From Mobula hypostoma (lineage: Eukaryota), in contig NC_086097.1 of the NCBI RefSeq assembly GCF_963921235.1, forward strand, positions 4,154,001 through 4,218,000: a stretch of DNA of 64,000 nt. The letters are read 5' to 3'. Below are positions 22,800 to 37,550 of this stretch, piece after piece. Position numbers and translations under genes: made by a program. Numbering within the stretch: the first letter of the stretch is position 1; each line of letters starts with the position of its first letter. The notes beneath the pieces are model-generated. The model saw only the letters and a program-made list of their open reading frames with translations, did not search any database and was not told the origin of the DNA.

Positions 22800-25700
22800 T
22801 TTAGTATGCACCAGTGGAGGGACCTTGATGAACATTAGGTCAATGTAGAACAGACTAATGCACATTGAGATTAAAAAAGAAGTAGTGTTGGAGCTTTTGA
22901 CAGATATTAGTATCAGAGGATTGGAGGATGACAAATATTGTACCTTTGTTCAAGAAGGGTAGTAGGGATAATCCTGGGAATTTTAGAGCAGTGAGTCTTA
23001 CAGTATATCAATAGCTGGTAGACTAATGGAGATGATTCTTAGGGACAGGATTAGTAAGTATTTGGAGAGGCAAAGTGATTACAAGGCATGTTTAATAATC
23101 TCAGCATAGTTTTATGAGGGACAGGTCATGCCTGACGAGTCTGATAGACTTTTTCGAAGAAAAAATAACAAATTGATGAAGGTAGAATGGTAGATATAAT
23201 ACACAGTGTCTATAAAAAGTATTTACCCACTTTGGAAGTTTTCAGGTTTTATTGTTTTACAACATTGAATCACAGTGGATTTAATTTGGCTTTTTTGACA
23301 CTGATCAACAGAAGAAGTCTGTTTTTACAAATTACAAATTTACAATTTTTTACGAATCTTTATTAATTACAAATGTAAAACACAAAATAATTGCATAAGA
23401 ATTCACCCCCTTCATATCAGTATTTAGTTTATGTACCTCTGGCAGCAATTACAGCCTTGATTCTGAGTGGATAGATCTCTATCAGCTTTGCATATCTGGA
23501 CACTTCTATTTTTCTCTATTCTTCTTTACTAAACTGCTCAACCTCTGTCAGATTGCATGGGGATCATGAGTGAACAGCGCTTTTCAAGTCTGAATTCTCA
23601 ATTGGATTGAGGTCTGGACTCTGACTTGGCCACTCCAGGACATTAACTTTGTTGTTTTTAAGCCATTCCTGTGTAGCTTTGGCTTTATGCTTGGTGTCAT
23701 TGTCTTGCTGGAAGACAAATCTTCTCCCAAGTTGCAGTTCTCCTGCAGACTGCATCAGGCTTTCCTCCAGGATTTCCCTGTATTTTGCTATGTTCATTTT
23801 ACCCCCTACCTTCACAAGCTTTCCAGGGCCTGCTGCAGTGAAACATCCCCACAGAATGATGGAGCCACCACTGTGCTTCATGATAGGGGTGGGGTGTTTT
23901 TGATGATGTGCGGTGTTTGGTTTATGCCAAACATACTGATGGCTAAAAAGCTCAAATTTGGTTTCATCAGACCATAGAACCTTCTTCCAGCTGAATTCAG
24001 AGTATCTCACATGCCTTCTGGCCGAGATTTCATGTGAGTTTTTTTTTCAATAGTGGGTTTCTCTTTGCCACTCTCCCATAAAACTTGACTGGTGAAGCAC
24101 CTGGACAACAGTTGTTCGTGAAGCCACTCCCACCTCAGCCACTGAAGCTTGTAACTCTTCCAGAGATGTCATAGGTCTCTTCTCTTGGTGGCTTCCCACA
24201 CTAGTCACTTCTTGCATGGCCACTCAGTTTTTGTGGATGGCCTGCTCCAAGCAGGGTTACAGTCATGTTCTTTCCATTTCTCGATGACTGAATTAACTGT
24301 ACTCCAAGAGATTTTCAGTGACTTGGAAATTTTCTTGTATCTATCTCCCCTGATTTGTGCTTTTCAAAACTTTTTCCTGGAGTTGCTTGGAGTCTTCTTT
24401 TGGCTTCATGATGTAGTTTTTGCCAGGGTACTGACTCACCAGCTGTTGGACCTTCCAGATACAGCTGTATTTTTACTACAGTTAATTGAAACACCTTGAC
24501 TGCACACAGGTCTTGAAAAATAGATCTCCATTTAACTAATTATGTGACTTCTAAAACCAATTGGTTTGGTGTGTCATATTAAGGAGGGGGCGGTGAATTC
24601 TTAGGCAATCAATTATTTTGTGTTTTATATTTGTAATTAATTTAGATCACTTTATAGAGATCTGTTTTCACTTTGACACGATAGTCTTTTTCTGTTGATC
24701 AGTGTTGAATGGTGGAGAAGACTCGATGGGCCAAACGGCCTACTTCTGCTTCCATATCTTATGATCTTAATTTCAAACAAGCCCAATTAATCCACTGTGA
24801 TACAATGTTGTAAAACAATAAAATATGAAGACTTCCAAGGGGGGTGAATTCTTTTCATAGGCACTGGTATATGAATTTTAGTACAACATTTAACAAGGTT
24901 CCTTTGGAAGGCTGTTCCGGAAAGAAATGAGGCATGAGATCCATGGAAGCCTGACAGCATGGATTCAAAATTGGCCAGTCCACAGAAGGCAGAGGGTGAT
25001 AGTAAATGGAACATATTGTGCCTGGAGATTGTTGATTGGTAAATCTGTTCTGGTACCACTGCTGTTTGTGATTTTTATAAATGACTTGGATGAGAAAATG
25101 GAAGGATGGGCAGACGGTGGTGTTGGGGATAGTGTAGAATGTTGTTGGACAGAGACAGATGTGTTACAAGATTAATGGTAGAATTTTTTGCAGTGTGGGT
25201 GAACAAAAGGACCTTGGATATGAAGTCTGTAGATTCCAAGAAGTTGCTGCAAAAGTTGATAAGGTGTTAAGAAGGTGTATGGTGTATTGTCCTTCATTAG
25301 TTTGAGGGATAAGTTAAAGATTCAGAAGGTAATGTTGCAGCTTTATAAAACCCTGAACAGACCACACAGAGCATTGTGTTCAATCCTGGTTGCTTCATTG
25401 TAGGAAGGCTGTGGAATCATAAGAGAGGTTGCAAAGGAGATTTATCCAGATGCTGCCTGGATTAGAGAGGATAGGATGAGCAAGACAGAGTTCTTCTCTT
25501 TGGAGCAAAGGAGAGTGAGAGGCCAATTGATAGAGGTCTATACAATGATAAGAGGCACAGAGAGTTGACAGTCAGTGCCTTTTACCAGGGTGGCAATGGC
25601 TAATAGTAGATGACATCCTTTTAAGGTGAGTGGAGCAAGGTTTAGGGGAGATGTCAAAGGTAGGTTTTTTAACACACAATATTAAACGTTAGGAATGCAC

Positions 25701-25895
25701 TGTCCGAGGTAGTGGTAGAAGCAGATACATTAAGAACAGTTCGAGACTCTTTGATAGCATATAAATGAAAGAAAAGTGGAGGGCTATGGGTAGTATAGGA
25801 GGGAAAGGTCAGATTGATCAGGGAGTATATTGAAAGGTCAAAGCAACCAGAGGCGAGAGGGCCCGTACAGTGTTGTACTCTTCTATGTTCTATGC
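22800..25895 (+). mobile_element. Old CR1 ORF2/3' remnant interrupted by Tc1
   Basis: Decayed RT motifs on both sides of the Tc1; (TTCTATG)n tail near 25881-25895. Confidence 0.75.
23204..24866 (-). mobile_element. Tc1/mariner DNA transposon with long TIRs, degraded transposase
   Basis: CAGTG...CACTG termini with ~200-bp inverted repeats; WSDETK, FQQDND, SPDLNPIEN (DD34E). Confidence 0.9.
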
Positions 25896-25965
25896 TCTAA
25901 ATGAGAAAATTCAGATATTTTCCAGGAATCCAGTCAATTCTGATATAAAAAATTATTTGTTGTAG

Positions 25966-26113
25966 GAGGTACTCCATGTTGCAGGGGTGGAGATGCAGTT
26001 AGTTGCTGCAGTTTCATTTCTTACCATCCTACAAGAAGAGTTGGTTTCCACGGCAGCTTATATCCACTCTTTTCTCCCGATTATATTGGTAAACCTAGAT
26101 CACAAAGATACAG
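25966..26113 (+). CDS. PPP4R4: PPP4R4 coding exon (148 nt, phase 0 to 1)
   Basis: ag|...|gt; EVLHVAGVEMQLVAAVSFLTILQEELVSTAAYIHSFLPIILVNLDHKDT matches my recollection of vertebrate PPP4R4. Confidence 0.93.
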
Positions 26114-27048
26114 GTTAGTTACAATACTGAACTGAATCCTTCAGCATTGCATGCTTGTAATAGTAGTTTTAAAATCGGATTTTTACTCTTAATATCTCAT
26201 CTGTTGGACTGATAAGTAATCATTTTTGGAAAATTATGATAAAGTGTATTGGAATAATGGGGATAATGTGAATTTGAAAGTGTCTTGTTTTCTTGGTGAA
26301 ATATGTTGTTTTTTAAGTGTTGGCTTGAAGGGGATCGGATGAGGTAGAGGCCAAAGATTATCCATTTAAAGCTCCAGATATTGAGCAGCATGTGATCAGT
26401 AATTTGTATAATTTTGTTTAGTAGTGTTTAATAGGTATAGTTACAAAGAAACACTCCACAATTGTTCTTTTTGTGTGTGTGTGAGGGTGGGGGCTGTGTG
26501 CGTGACAGGCAGAAATGACTGTTTCATAAGACCATCAAAGAAGATGTACATTATAGAGATGGTCAAGGAATTGTAATTGACTGTGAGATTTGGAGTACTG
26601 GTAATTGTTTTATTATTGTCACGTGTACCGACATATAGTGAAAAGCTTTCATGTACTCTACATGCCATCCAGACAGATTATTCCACGCAAAATTATTTTG
26701 AGGTAGTACAAAAGGAAAAGAGATACTACAAGATACTGCTTTTTATAGAGCATAAACTCATCTGTTTTTTTCCCCTGGTAATAAGTTCTGCAGCATAATC
26801 TCTTGGAAGGTTGAAAAATTCAACTGACTAATATGAAAATAATTTAGATCAGTACAGTTCTTTTCTAAGACCCAAATAAATGTCTCTAATTTATTACTTC
26901 ATAATAAGACTATTTTGTTTCAGGCAAAAAAAATAAAGAAGCATAGCTCATGTGTTAGGTTACAGAACTAGACGATGGACTTCATTATGTAATATGTTAA
27001 TTTTGTAGATTAATTTGTCACAGTTTATTATGTTTGTATTTTGGCCAG

Positions 27049-27122
27049 TGGTCAGCAATGCATGGTTGGAGACTCTCCTGGCTGTAATCAATGCTTTACC
27101 AAAGGAAACCATCAGGCAAGAG
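27049..27122 (+). CDS. PPP4R4: PPP4R4 coding exon (74 nt, phase 1 to 0)
   Basis: cag|...|gtaatg; VSNAWLETLLAVINALPKETIRQE. Confidence 0.93.
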
Positions 27123-27242
27123 GTAATGTAAAAGTAATCCATGTATTTACTTTCTGATTGCACAAACATGAATATCTTGATGAATATGTGTATATAATTA
27201 AAGTGAGAACATCTCAAAGAAAGATGGTAGATGCTTGCATTT

Positions 27243-27335
27243 GAGTCCTGCCGAAGGGTCTCAGCCCAAAACGTCAACACTGCTCTTTTCCATAGATGCT
27301 GCCTGGCCTGCTGAGTTCCTCCAGCCTTTTGTGTG
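27243..27335 (+). mobile_element. 93-bp Penelope-derived mini-element starting at the hammerhead motif (core mutated)
   Basis: Perfect 14-bp TSD AGATGCTTGCATTT at 27229-27242 and 27336-27349. Confidence 0.85.
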
Positions 27336-27569
27336 AGATGCTTGCATTTATTTACAGACATTCATTCAAGTGGCAAGAATAACATTGAAGTGCTATCCCT
27401 TATACCTGCTCTAGTTAAAGCAGAAATGCTGCATCAGTCATGGAACATGGGAGAAGGCTGTATGATTAATCATGATTATGCCAGCTCTTTATTACACCTG
27501 TCCAATTTCAGAATCAGATTCAGGTTTAATAGCACTGGCATATGTCAGGAAATACTATATATATATATA

Positions 27570-27798
27570 GGTTGTATGGAAGACCAGCAGTTGCCCATGC
27601 TGCAAGTCTCCCCTCTCCAAGCCACCGATGTTGTCCAAGGGAAGGGCATTAAGTTCCATACAGCTTGGCACCGGTGTCGTCGCAGAGCAATGTGTGGTTA
27701 AATGCTTTGCTCAAGGACACACACACTGCCTCAGCCAAGGATCGAACCAGCAACCTTCAAATCACTAGACGAACACCTTAACCACTTGGCCACGCGCC
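27570..27798 (-). mobile_element. tRNA-derived SINE with CORE-like segment
   Basis: A box TGGCCAAGTGG, B box GGTTCGATCC, then GTGTCCTTGAGCAAAGCATTTAACC. Confidence 0.75.

Positions 27799-27799
<1 letters not shown>

Positions 27800-27845
<46 letters not shown>
27800..27845. repeat. (AC)n microsatellite
   Basis: Uninterrupted AC run of about 46 bp. Confidence 0.97.
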
Positions 27846-29410
<1,565 letters not shown>

Positions 29411-29669
29411 AGAAAAATACTGTGCACATAGGTTCATTTTCCATTTAGGAATCTGATGGCGATGGGGAAGAAGCTGTTCCTAAACTTTGAGTGTATGTCT
29501 CCACACTTCCGTGCTGCCTCTTTGATGGTGGCAATGACAAGAAGGCATGTCCTGGGTAATGGGGTTACTGAATGATAGTGAGCCATTTATCCCAATACCC
29601 TCCACGTCTCCTGCTTGTTTTTCCCCTTTTGGTTATTTATCCACTTGTCAATATGGATCCACATTGAGC

Positions 29670-31500
29670 TGCCAGAGGACTGAAGAATAGTAAATGTTGG
29701 TCTGTTGTTTAGGGAAGGCTCTAAAGATAAGCCAGGAAGTTATAGGTCAGTGAGCCTGACCTCAATAGTGGGTAAGCTATCAGAAGGTATTCTATAGAAT
29801 AGAAACATAGACACACCTATTTTCTATGTTTCTATATAGAATAGATAAATAAGTATTTGGAAAGAAAGAGCCTGATCAGGGATAGTCAACATGGCTTTTG
29901 CTTGGTAGCTAGTGTGTAACCAATCTTATAGAGTTTTTTGAGGAAGTTACCAAGAAAGTTGATGAAGACAAGGCAGTGGATCAGGTCTACATGGACTTCA
30001 ACAAGGCTCTTGACAAGATCCGTGTGAACAGGTTGGTCAGGAAGGTTCAGTTGCGTGGCATTCAGGATAAGGTAGTAAATTGGATTAGTCATTGGCTACA
30101 TGGGAGAAGCCAAGGAGTGGTAAAATTTTGTTGCCTCTCTGACTGGAGGCCCGTAACTAGTGGTGTGCCGCAGGGACTGGTGCTGGAAATGTTGTCGTTT
30201 GTTATCTATATCAATGATCTGGATGATAATGTGGTAAACTAGATCAGGGAATTTGTGAATGACACCAAGTGAACGACGAAGATGACTATCAAAGCGGGGT
30301 TTGGACCAGCTGGAAAAATGGGCTGAAAAATGGCAGATGGAATTTACTATAGACAAGTGCAAATGATAGGGCACTTATGAGTATGGTAGAACAGTGTGTT
30401 CTGAGAATAGTGATCCATAGTCTAAAAGACGTTAGTGAGGCCTTATTTGGAGTATTGTGTGCAATTCCAGTCACCTACAGTACCTGCAGGAAAGATGTAA
30501 ATAAGATTGAAAGAGTACAGAGGAAATTTACAAGGATGTTGCCAGGACTGGAGGACTGAGTTATAAGGAAAGGTTGAATAGGTTAGGAGTTTATTCCCTG
30601 GAGCATTCAGTATTCTGCCAAAGTCTTAGGCATATATATATATAGTTAGGGTGCCTGAGACTTTTGCACAGTACCGTACTTGTCAACGTGGAGAGTGAGT
30701 TTGTAAATCTGGTGGGAGGAAAGGATATTGGGAATAGTAGGGTGGCGTGCCATGGGAGGGGTATGAGACAGATGGTAGAGAAGGAGTGCCAAGGTAGGAT
30801 GGTGGTGCGGGTGTAGACACACCCAGCCCTGAGACACCAGACAGGGATATTTGATTCCAAACAATTGGTTATTGATCACTACAGGATGTTTCTTTGGTGC
30901 TTCCCGCTGCCTCCCCTCTCCATTCCCCCTTTTCCAAGCATGATTACCCTCTCCCTGCCCTCTTCCCACTCTCAGTCCACAATAGAGACCCATAGCAGAA
31001 TCAGATTTATCATTACTCTCATATGTCATGAAATTTGTTTTTTTTGTGGCAGCAGTACAGTACAATACATAGAAATACTATGTGTATACCTAACACTTTT
31101 GCATAGTACTGTAAGTGAATGAGGGAAGACTTGATAGAGGTATACAAAATTATGAGGGGTATAGATGTGGTAAATGCAAGCAAGTTTTTTCCACTGAGGT
31201 TAAGTGAGACTAGAGCTAATGGCTTAAGGGTGAAAGGACCAATGTTTATAGGGAACATGAGTGGGAGCTTCTTCACTCAGAGGGTGGTGAAAGTGGGGAA
31301 TGAGGTGCCAATGGAGACAGTGGATGCGGGTTTCATAACACAAGAGAAATTTCTATAGGTACATTGGTTCGAGGGGATGACGGTATATGACCTGAGTGCA
31401 CATCAATGGGACTAGGCATATTAATAGTTTGGCAAAGAGTAGATGGGCCAAAGGGCCTGTTTCTGTGCTATAGTGTTCTAAGACTGCATGGTTTTCTATA
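29670..31500 (+). mobile_element. Degraded CR1 RT/3' fragment hosting a MITE
   Basis: [25 protein letters not shown]. Confidence 0.8.
30608..31111. mobile_element. Tc1-type MITE, copy 1
   Basis: TIR resembling CAGTACTGTGCAAAAGTCTTAGGCAC; homologous to 33792-34323. Confidence 0.8.
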
Positions 31501-31574
31501 TATTAAAGACAGGGGATAACTTGGGAAAGTGTGGGGTTCATTTTGGTCCTAAATAGCAATCTTCTCTTGGAGCC

Positions 31575-32270
31575 AGAGTAGCAACAAATAGTTTGCTGGA
31601 GGAACATCTGTGGAGGGAGAGAATTTGTGAATATTTCAGGTCAAAACCGTACAGCAGGACTGAGGGTGGAGAGGTGAGATGGCTAGTATAAAGAGAAGGG
31701 GAGGGTTGAAATGAGTCCAAGGCGATTAGTGGACAGAGGAGGGATGCAAAATGACAGGCAGGTTATTCTGGGTAGGAATGAGGTACAGACATGGACTTGG
31801 GGACAAAGACAGCTGAAATATAGATCTGGGGTAGATTAAAAGTGGAGAAAAGTGGAGTGAGGTGGGGGATAGGGACTGTGAAGATTGACGAAGAGCACAA
31901 AAAGGGGGTGATAATGGGGAAGCATTAGGGGAGAGGAAACGGCCAGTGGAAGCAGAACCAGATAGGGGGTGGATAGAGTCAGGAATCAGAGTGGGATGCT
32001 GGGAAGGGAGTGTTAGGAAAATCGGTCAATAGTGGGGGGACCAGAGTAGGAGTGGAAGTTGGGGGCAGTTGTGGGGGAAGGTGGAAAATAACTAACAGAG
32101 GGAAGGGTGGTTAAAATTGGAAAAGTCAATGTTAATGCCATAGGATTTTGGACTACCCAGGTGGAGTATATGTAATGTTCCTTCAGTTTGTATCGAATCT
32201 CTCCCTGGTAGTGGCGAAGGATGAATATGTACATTCAGAGGATGTAGAATACTTCTCATCTATATTCACT
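31575..32270 (-). mobile_element. Old Penelope 3' remnant with decayed hammerhead region
   Basis: Purine-rich tract on + strand and degenerate terminal repeat similar to 20400-20779. Confidence 0.55.
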
Positions 32271-33337
32271 ATGAAGGACACCCTATTGCTGGAGAAATCA
32301 GGGAGTGGGTGGTGAGAACTCTAGAACACTGGGCCAGAAACGCTGCCCTGGGTGGCAAGGGAGAGTTTGCTTGGGGCCATGTTAGAGAGTTGTATATCCT
32401 TACCGGCCACCGGTGAAGTACCTACTGTATGACTCAGACAGCTACTGTGATACCCCAACTATTAGTGTTAAGAAATTTATTTGGGGAGAAAAATTATGAA
32501 AGAAAAGATTAGTCTGAATTTACAAAAGGCAAAGATAAGCGAAGATGATCAGAATTGTTTTATTATTGGGAGATCCTGTCTGATCAATTTGATCAATTTT
32601 GTGAAGAGACCACAGAAGATATTGATGAGGGCAATGTGATAAATATAGTGTCAATGGACTTCATTGGTCCTTTGTGTCCCTTGAGAGATTGGTGCAAAAA
32701 GTTAGAGCCAATGGGATCCGGGACAAATTGGCAAAAAGGTATGATAATATTCGCAGAAGCTGATGGTGGAGGGTTAGTTTTATAACTGTAGGTGAGAGGA
32801 TGATATCATTGCTAAAATGGGCAAAGCAATGGCAGATGGGATTTAATCCTGATAAGTTTGAGGTGAAGCATTTTCAGAGGACTAGTAAGAGCAGAGAATA
32901 CACAATGAATGTTAGAACCTTGCAGAGCATTGAGGAACAGAGAAAGCTTTTGTACAAGCCCAATGATCCCTGAAGATGGCAGCATTGGTCGCTAACAAAC
33001 CAAAGAAGGCATATACGATACTTCTGTTTGTCAGCCAAGACATAATTGTGCTTATCATCAACCAGTTATTATTTCAACAACGAGTGTCAGCGTGTAAAAT
33101 ACAGTTTGCTTTCAAAAGCTTTGCACTAACTCTGCCCATGCTTGTCCTAATGTTATGGGTTAATAAATCATTGACTGTAAAGGTTTGCCTCCTTTTCCTA
33201 GCATACAAAATAGAACTCTGAATGAACTTTCTATAAGAGACTAAAATTGCACATCTTAAGCTATTGTTGAAAACATCATAGTTGTCTTCTAGTGCTTAAA
33301 ATGTTTCTATTTTCAGTAAGCTTTTGTTCTTGTTTAG

Positions 33338-33444
33338 ATTTTGTCTCCACTGGTTTCAAAGGCTCAATTATCACAGACAATCCAGTCACGTTTAGCCAGT
33401 TGCAAAATTCTGGGCCGAATTGCCAGGAAGTTTGAATCTCATAT
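33338..33444 (+). CDS. PPP4R4: PPP4R4 coding exon (107 nt, phase 0 to 2)
   Basis: tag|...|gtaagt; ILSPLVSKAQLSQTIQSRLASCKILGRIARKFESH. Confidence 0.94.
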
Positions 33445-33791
33445 GTAAGTGAAAGGAATGTTTCAGTGGTGATTGCTTGCTAAATGCATTAATCTGATTG
33501 TACATATAACCTAAGATGCTGTCATAATGTTATGACTAAATATTTCAATTTAACATAAACTGAAAAATTGTTTTCTGAAATGATTTGTCATTATTGTATT
33601 TTTACAGTAATACTGATGTTTATTGTATAGCAAACATACATCATATAAATAATATGGGCTATAATCTTTTCACTCCAGTTTTTACTCATTAAATTTTCTG
33701 TGGTTTTATCGAAACTTGTTCATAGAACAGTGTTATCTGTAACTTATAAAACATTATTAGCTTCTTAAAATATATGAATAACCACATATAC

Positions 33792-34323
33792 AGCACTGTG
33801 CAAAAGTCTTATGCACACACACATATATAGCTAGGGTGCCTAAGACTTTTGCACAGTACTGTATTTGTCCACTTCGAGTGAACAGCGAGTTTGTAAATTT
33901 GGTTGAAGCAAAGGATGTTGGAAATTGCAAGGGTGGAGTGCCGTGGGAGGGGTGTTGCTTAGGTGGCAGAGGAGGAGAGCTAGGGGCGGTGTACGTGGAG
34001 ACATACCCAGCCCTGAGACACCAGGAAACGTAATTTGATTCCAAACAATTGGTATATTGATCATTACAGAATGTCTCTCAGGTGCCTCCTGCTCCTTCTC
34101 CTTTCCCTTCTCCTTTTCCCAACCATGATTCCCCTCTCCCAGTCCTCTCCCACTCACAGTCCACATTTGAGACCCATGTTAGAATCGGGTTTATCATCAC
34201 TCAACTGTATGATGAAATTTTTTTTTGCAGCAGTACGGTGCAATACATAAATTAGTATGTTCTATGCAAAAGTCTTACGCACCCTAGCTATATGTTTGTG
34301 CCTAAGACTTTTGTACAGTACTG
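33792..34323. mobile_element. Tc1-type MITE, copy 2, flanked by TA
   Basis: TA|CAGCACTGTGCAAAAGTCTT ... AAGACTTTTGTACAGTACTG|TA. Confidence 0.85.
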
Positions 34324-34327
34324 TATT

Positions 34328-36185
34328 TAGACCATAAGACCATAAGATATAGGAGCAGAATTAGGCTATCGGTCCTCCGCCACTTCATTATGGCTGATCC
34401 ATTTTCCCTCTCAGCCCTAATCACCTGCTTTCTCCCTATATCCCTTCATCTACTGACTAAACAAGAATTTATCAACCTTTGCCTTAAATATACCCAATGA
34501 CTTGGCCTCCACAGCTGCCTGTGGCATTGAATTCCACAGATTCACCAATCTCTGGCTAAATAAATTATTCTTCATCTCTGTTCTAAAAGGACGTCCCTCA
34601 ATTCGGAGGCTGTGTCCTCTCCATAGAAACCATAGAAACTACAGCACAGAAACAGGCCTTTTGGCCCTTCTTGGCTGTGCCGAACCATTTTCTGCCTAGT
34701 CCCACTGACCTGCACACGGACCATATCCCTCCATACACCTCCCATCCATGTATCTGTCCAACTTATTCTTAAATGTTAAAAAGCAACCCACATTTACCAC
34801 CTCGTCTGGCAGCTCATTCCATACTCCCACCACTCTCTGTGTGAAGAAGCTCCCGCTAATGTTCCCTTTAAACTTTTCCCCCCTCACCCTAAACCCATGT
34901 CCTCTGGTTTTTTTCTCCCCTTGCCTCTGTGGAAAAAGCCTGCTTGCATTCACTCTATCTATACCCATCATAATTTTATATACCCCTATCAAATCTCCCC
35001 TCATTCTTCTACGCTCCAGGGAATAAAGTCCCAACCTATTCAACCTTTCTCTGTAACTGAGTTTCTCAAGTCCCGGCAACATCCTTGTAAACCTTCTCTG
35101 CACTCTTTCAACCTTATTTATATCCTTCCCGTAATTTGGTGACCAAAACTGAACACAATACTCTAGATTTGGCCTCACCAATGCCTTATACAACCTCATC
35201 ATAACATTCCAGCTCTTATACTCAATACTTTAATTAATAAAGGCCAATGTACCAAAAGCTCTCTTTACGACCCTGTGACGCCACTTTTAGGGAATTTTGT
35301 ATCTGTATTCCCAGATCCCTCTGTTCCATTGCACTCCTCAGTGCCTTACCATTAACCCTGTATGTTCTATGTTGGTTTGTCCTTCCAACGTGCAATACCT
35401 CACACTTGTCAGTATTAAACTCCATCTGCCATTTTTCAGCCCATTTTTCCAGCTGGTCCAAGTCCCTCTGCAGGCTCTGAAAACCTTCCTCACTGTCTAC
35501 TACATCTCCAATCTTTGTATCATCAGCAAACTTGCTGATCCAATTTACCACATTATCATCCAGATTATTGATATAGATGACAAATAACAATGGACCCAGC
35601 ACTGATCCCTGTGGCACACCACTAGTCACAGGCCTCCACTCAGAGAAGCAATTCTCTACCACCACTCTCTGGCTTCTTCCATCGAGCCAATGTCTAATCC
35701 AATTTACCACCTCTCCATGTATACCTAGCGACTGAATTTTCCTAACTAACCTCCCATGCGGGACCTTGTCAAAGGCCTTACTGAAGTCCATGTAGTCAAT
35801 ATCCACTGCCTTCCCTTCATCCACTTTCCTGGTAACCTCCTCGAAAAACTCTGATAGATTGATCAAACATGACCTACCATGCACAAAGCCATGTTGACTC
35901 TCCCTAATAAATCCCAGTCTATCCAAATGCTTGTAGATTCTGTCTCTTAGTACTCCCTCCAATAACTTACCTACTACTGACGTTAAACTCACCAGCCTAT
36001 AATTTCCCGGATTACTTTTCGATCCTTTTTTAAACAACGGAACAACATGAGCCACTCTCCAATCCTCCGGCACCTCACCTGTAGACAGCGACATTTTAAA
36101 TATTTCAGCCAGGGCCCCTGCAATTTCAACACTCGTCTTAGACTCCCCCACCATGGGAAGCATCTCCACATCCACTCGATTTATA
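34328..36185 (-). mobile_element. Nested CR1s: a younger RT/3' copy (~34621-36133) inserted in an older CR1 3' fragment
   Basis: Tails (ACCATAAG)n and (CCATAGAAA)n; ORFs 34696-35202 and 35234-36175. Confidence 0.88.
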
Positions 36186-36797
36186 AGAAAACATAAATTT
36201 CTGTCCCAACTCTACATCTAATTGAACAATTCCAAGGTGTGAATTGATTATTCCTGTTGATGTTATGGCAATCTGTAAATAGTTAATCCCTAAAGATCTA
36301 AATGCAGTGCTTTGTGTAGTATTAAATCACTGTAATCTTGAACCTTTCTTTAAGAACAATCTGTTCTCGTTTTACCTGGGCTAATAAACATTTTAGTACA
36401 GAGTTTCCCATTAACAGCAACTTGTTCCTGCAATGGACATCCTCGTATATTCCATGTAATTGGAGTGAATATGCTGGACATAAATTCTGAAACCAGATTA
36501 AGCTGTTTCCAAAATGCACAATATATATCTTTTCACCACAAGTACATTCGGTCATTCAAATATCGGTTAAATAGCTGAAACATTTCACTGCCATATAGAT
36601 ATTCCCATTGTTTTTGACCATATTTCATTGTACTGGATTTAGGATTTTGTGCATGGTATCATCTTTCTGCAACAAAAAAGAACATTTTTCTCTTTTTCAC
36701 TTGGTTTTATACACAAATGCTGCTTTTGCATTGATTCATATTACATCTTGAAGTGTGCTTTATGTTTTGTTTCTGTAAACAATAATTTAGTCTTTAT

Positions 36798-36967
36798 CAA
36801 CATACACAAAATGCTGGAGGAACTCAGCAGGCAGGACTTGCTGAAGGGTTTTGGCTTGAAACGTTGACTGTACTTCTTTCCATAGATGCTGCCTGGTTTG
36901 TTGAGTTCCTCCAGCATTTTGTGTGTGTTGCTCAGATTTCCAGCATCTGCAGATTCTCTCTTGTTTG
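36798..36967 (+). mobile_element. Penelope-derived mini-element with partial inverted 5' arm and decayed hammerhead
   Basis: Perfect 15-bp TSD TAATTTAGTCTTTAT at 36783-36797 and 36968-36982. Confidence 0.85.
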
Positions 36968-37031
36968 TAATTTAGTCTTTATGTTGTACATGGTAATTAG
37001 TAGAGATAATGCTGTCTATCAGAGAAGTTAT

Positions 37032-37550
37032 TGAATTGAATTGAATTGACTTTATTTCTTACATCCTTCACATACATGAGAAGTAAAAATCTTTACGTTA
37101 CATCTCCATCTAAATGTGCCATATGCAATCATAGTAATTTATAATAATTTATAATAAATTGAACAGTCAAAGTTACATAGAAGTACACTCAAATCAGCGT
37201 GAGTTAATCAGACTGATGGCCTGGTGGTCCTGGCATTTATACTGCAGTACTCTTTCCCGGATGGTAGCAGCTGGAATAGATTGGGGTTGGAGTGACTTGG
37301 GTCCCCAGCGATCCTATGGGCCCTTTTTTCACACCTGTCTTTGTAAATATCCTGAATCATGCGAAGTTCACAACTGCAAATGCGCTGGGCTGTCTGCATC
37401 ACTCTTGCAGAATCCTGCGATTAAGGGAGGTACAGTTCCCATACCAGGCAGTGATGCAGCCAGTCAGGATGCTCTCAATTGTACCCCTGTAGAAAGTCCT
37501 TAGGATTTTGAGGCCCATACCAAATTTCCTCAATTGTCTGAGGTTGAACA
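37032..37550 (-). mobile_element. Rex1/Babar-like LINE 3' fragment
   Basis: RTFYRGTIESILTGCITAWYG; (TTGAA)n tail. Confidence 0.8.

Noticed and set aside
27735..27798. tRNA-like sequence with A and B boxes
   Set aside because: Runs directly into a SINE body and lacks a clean acceptor stem; it is a SINE head, not a tRNA gene
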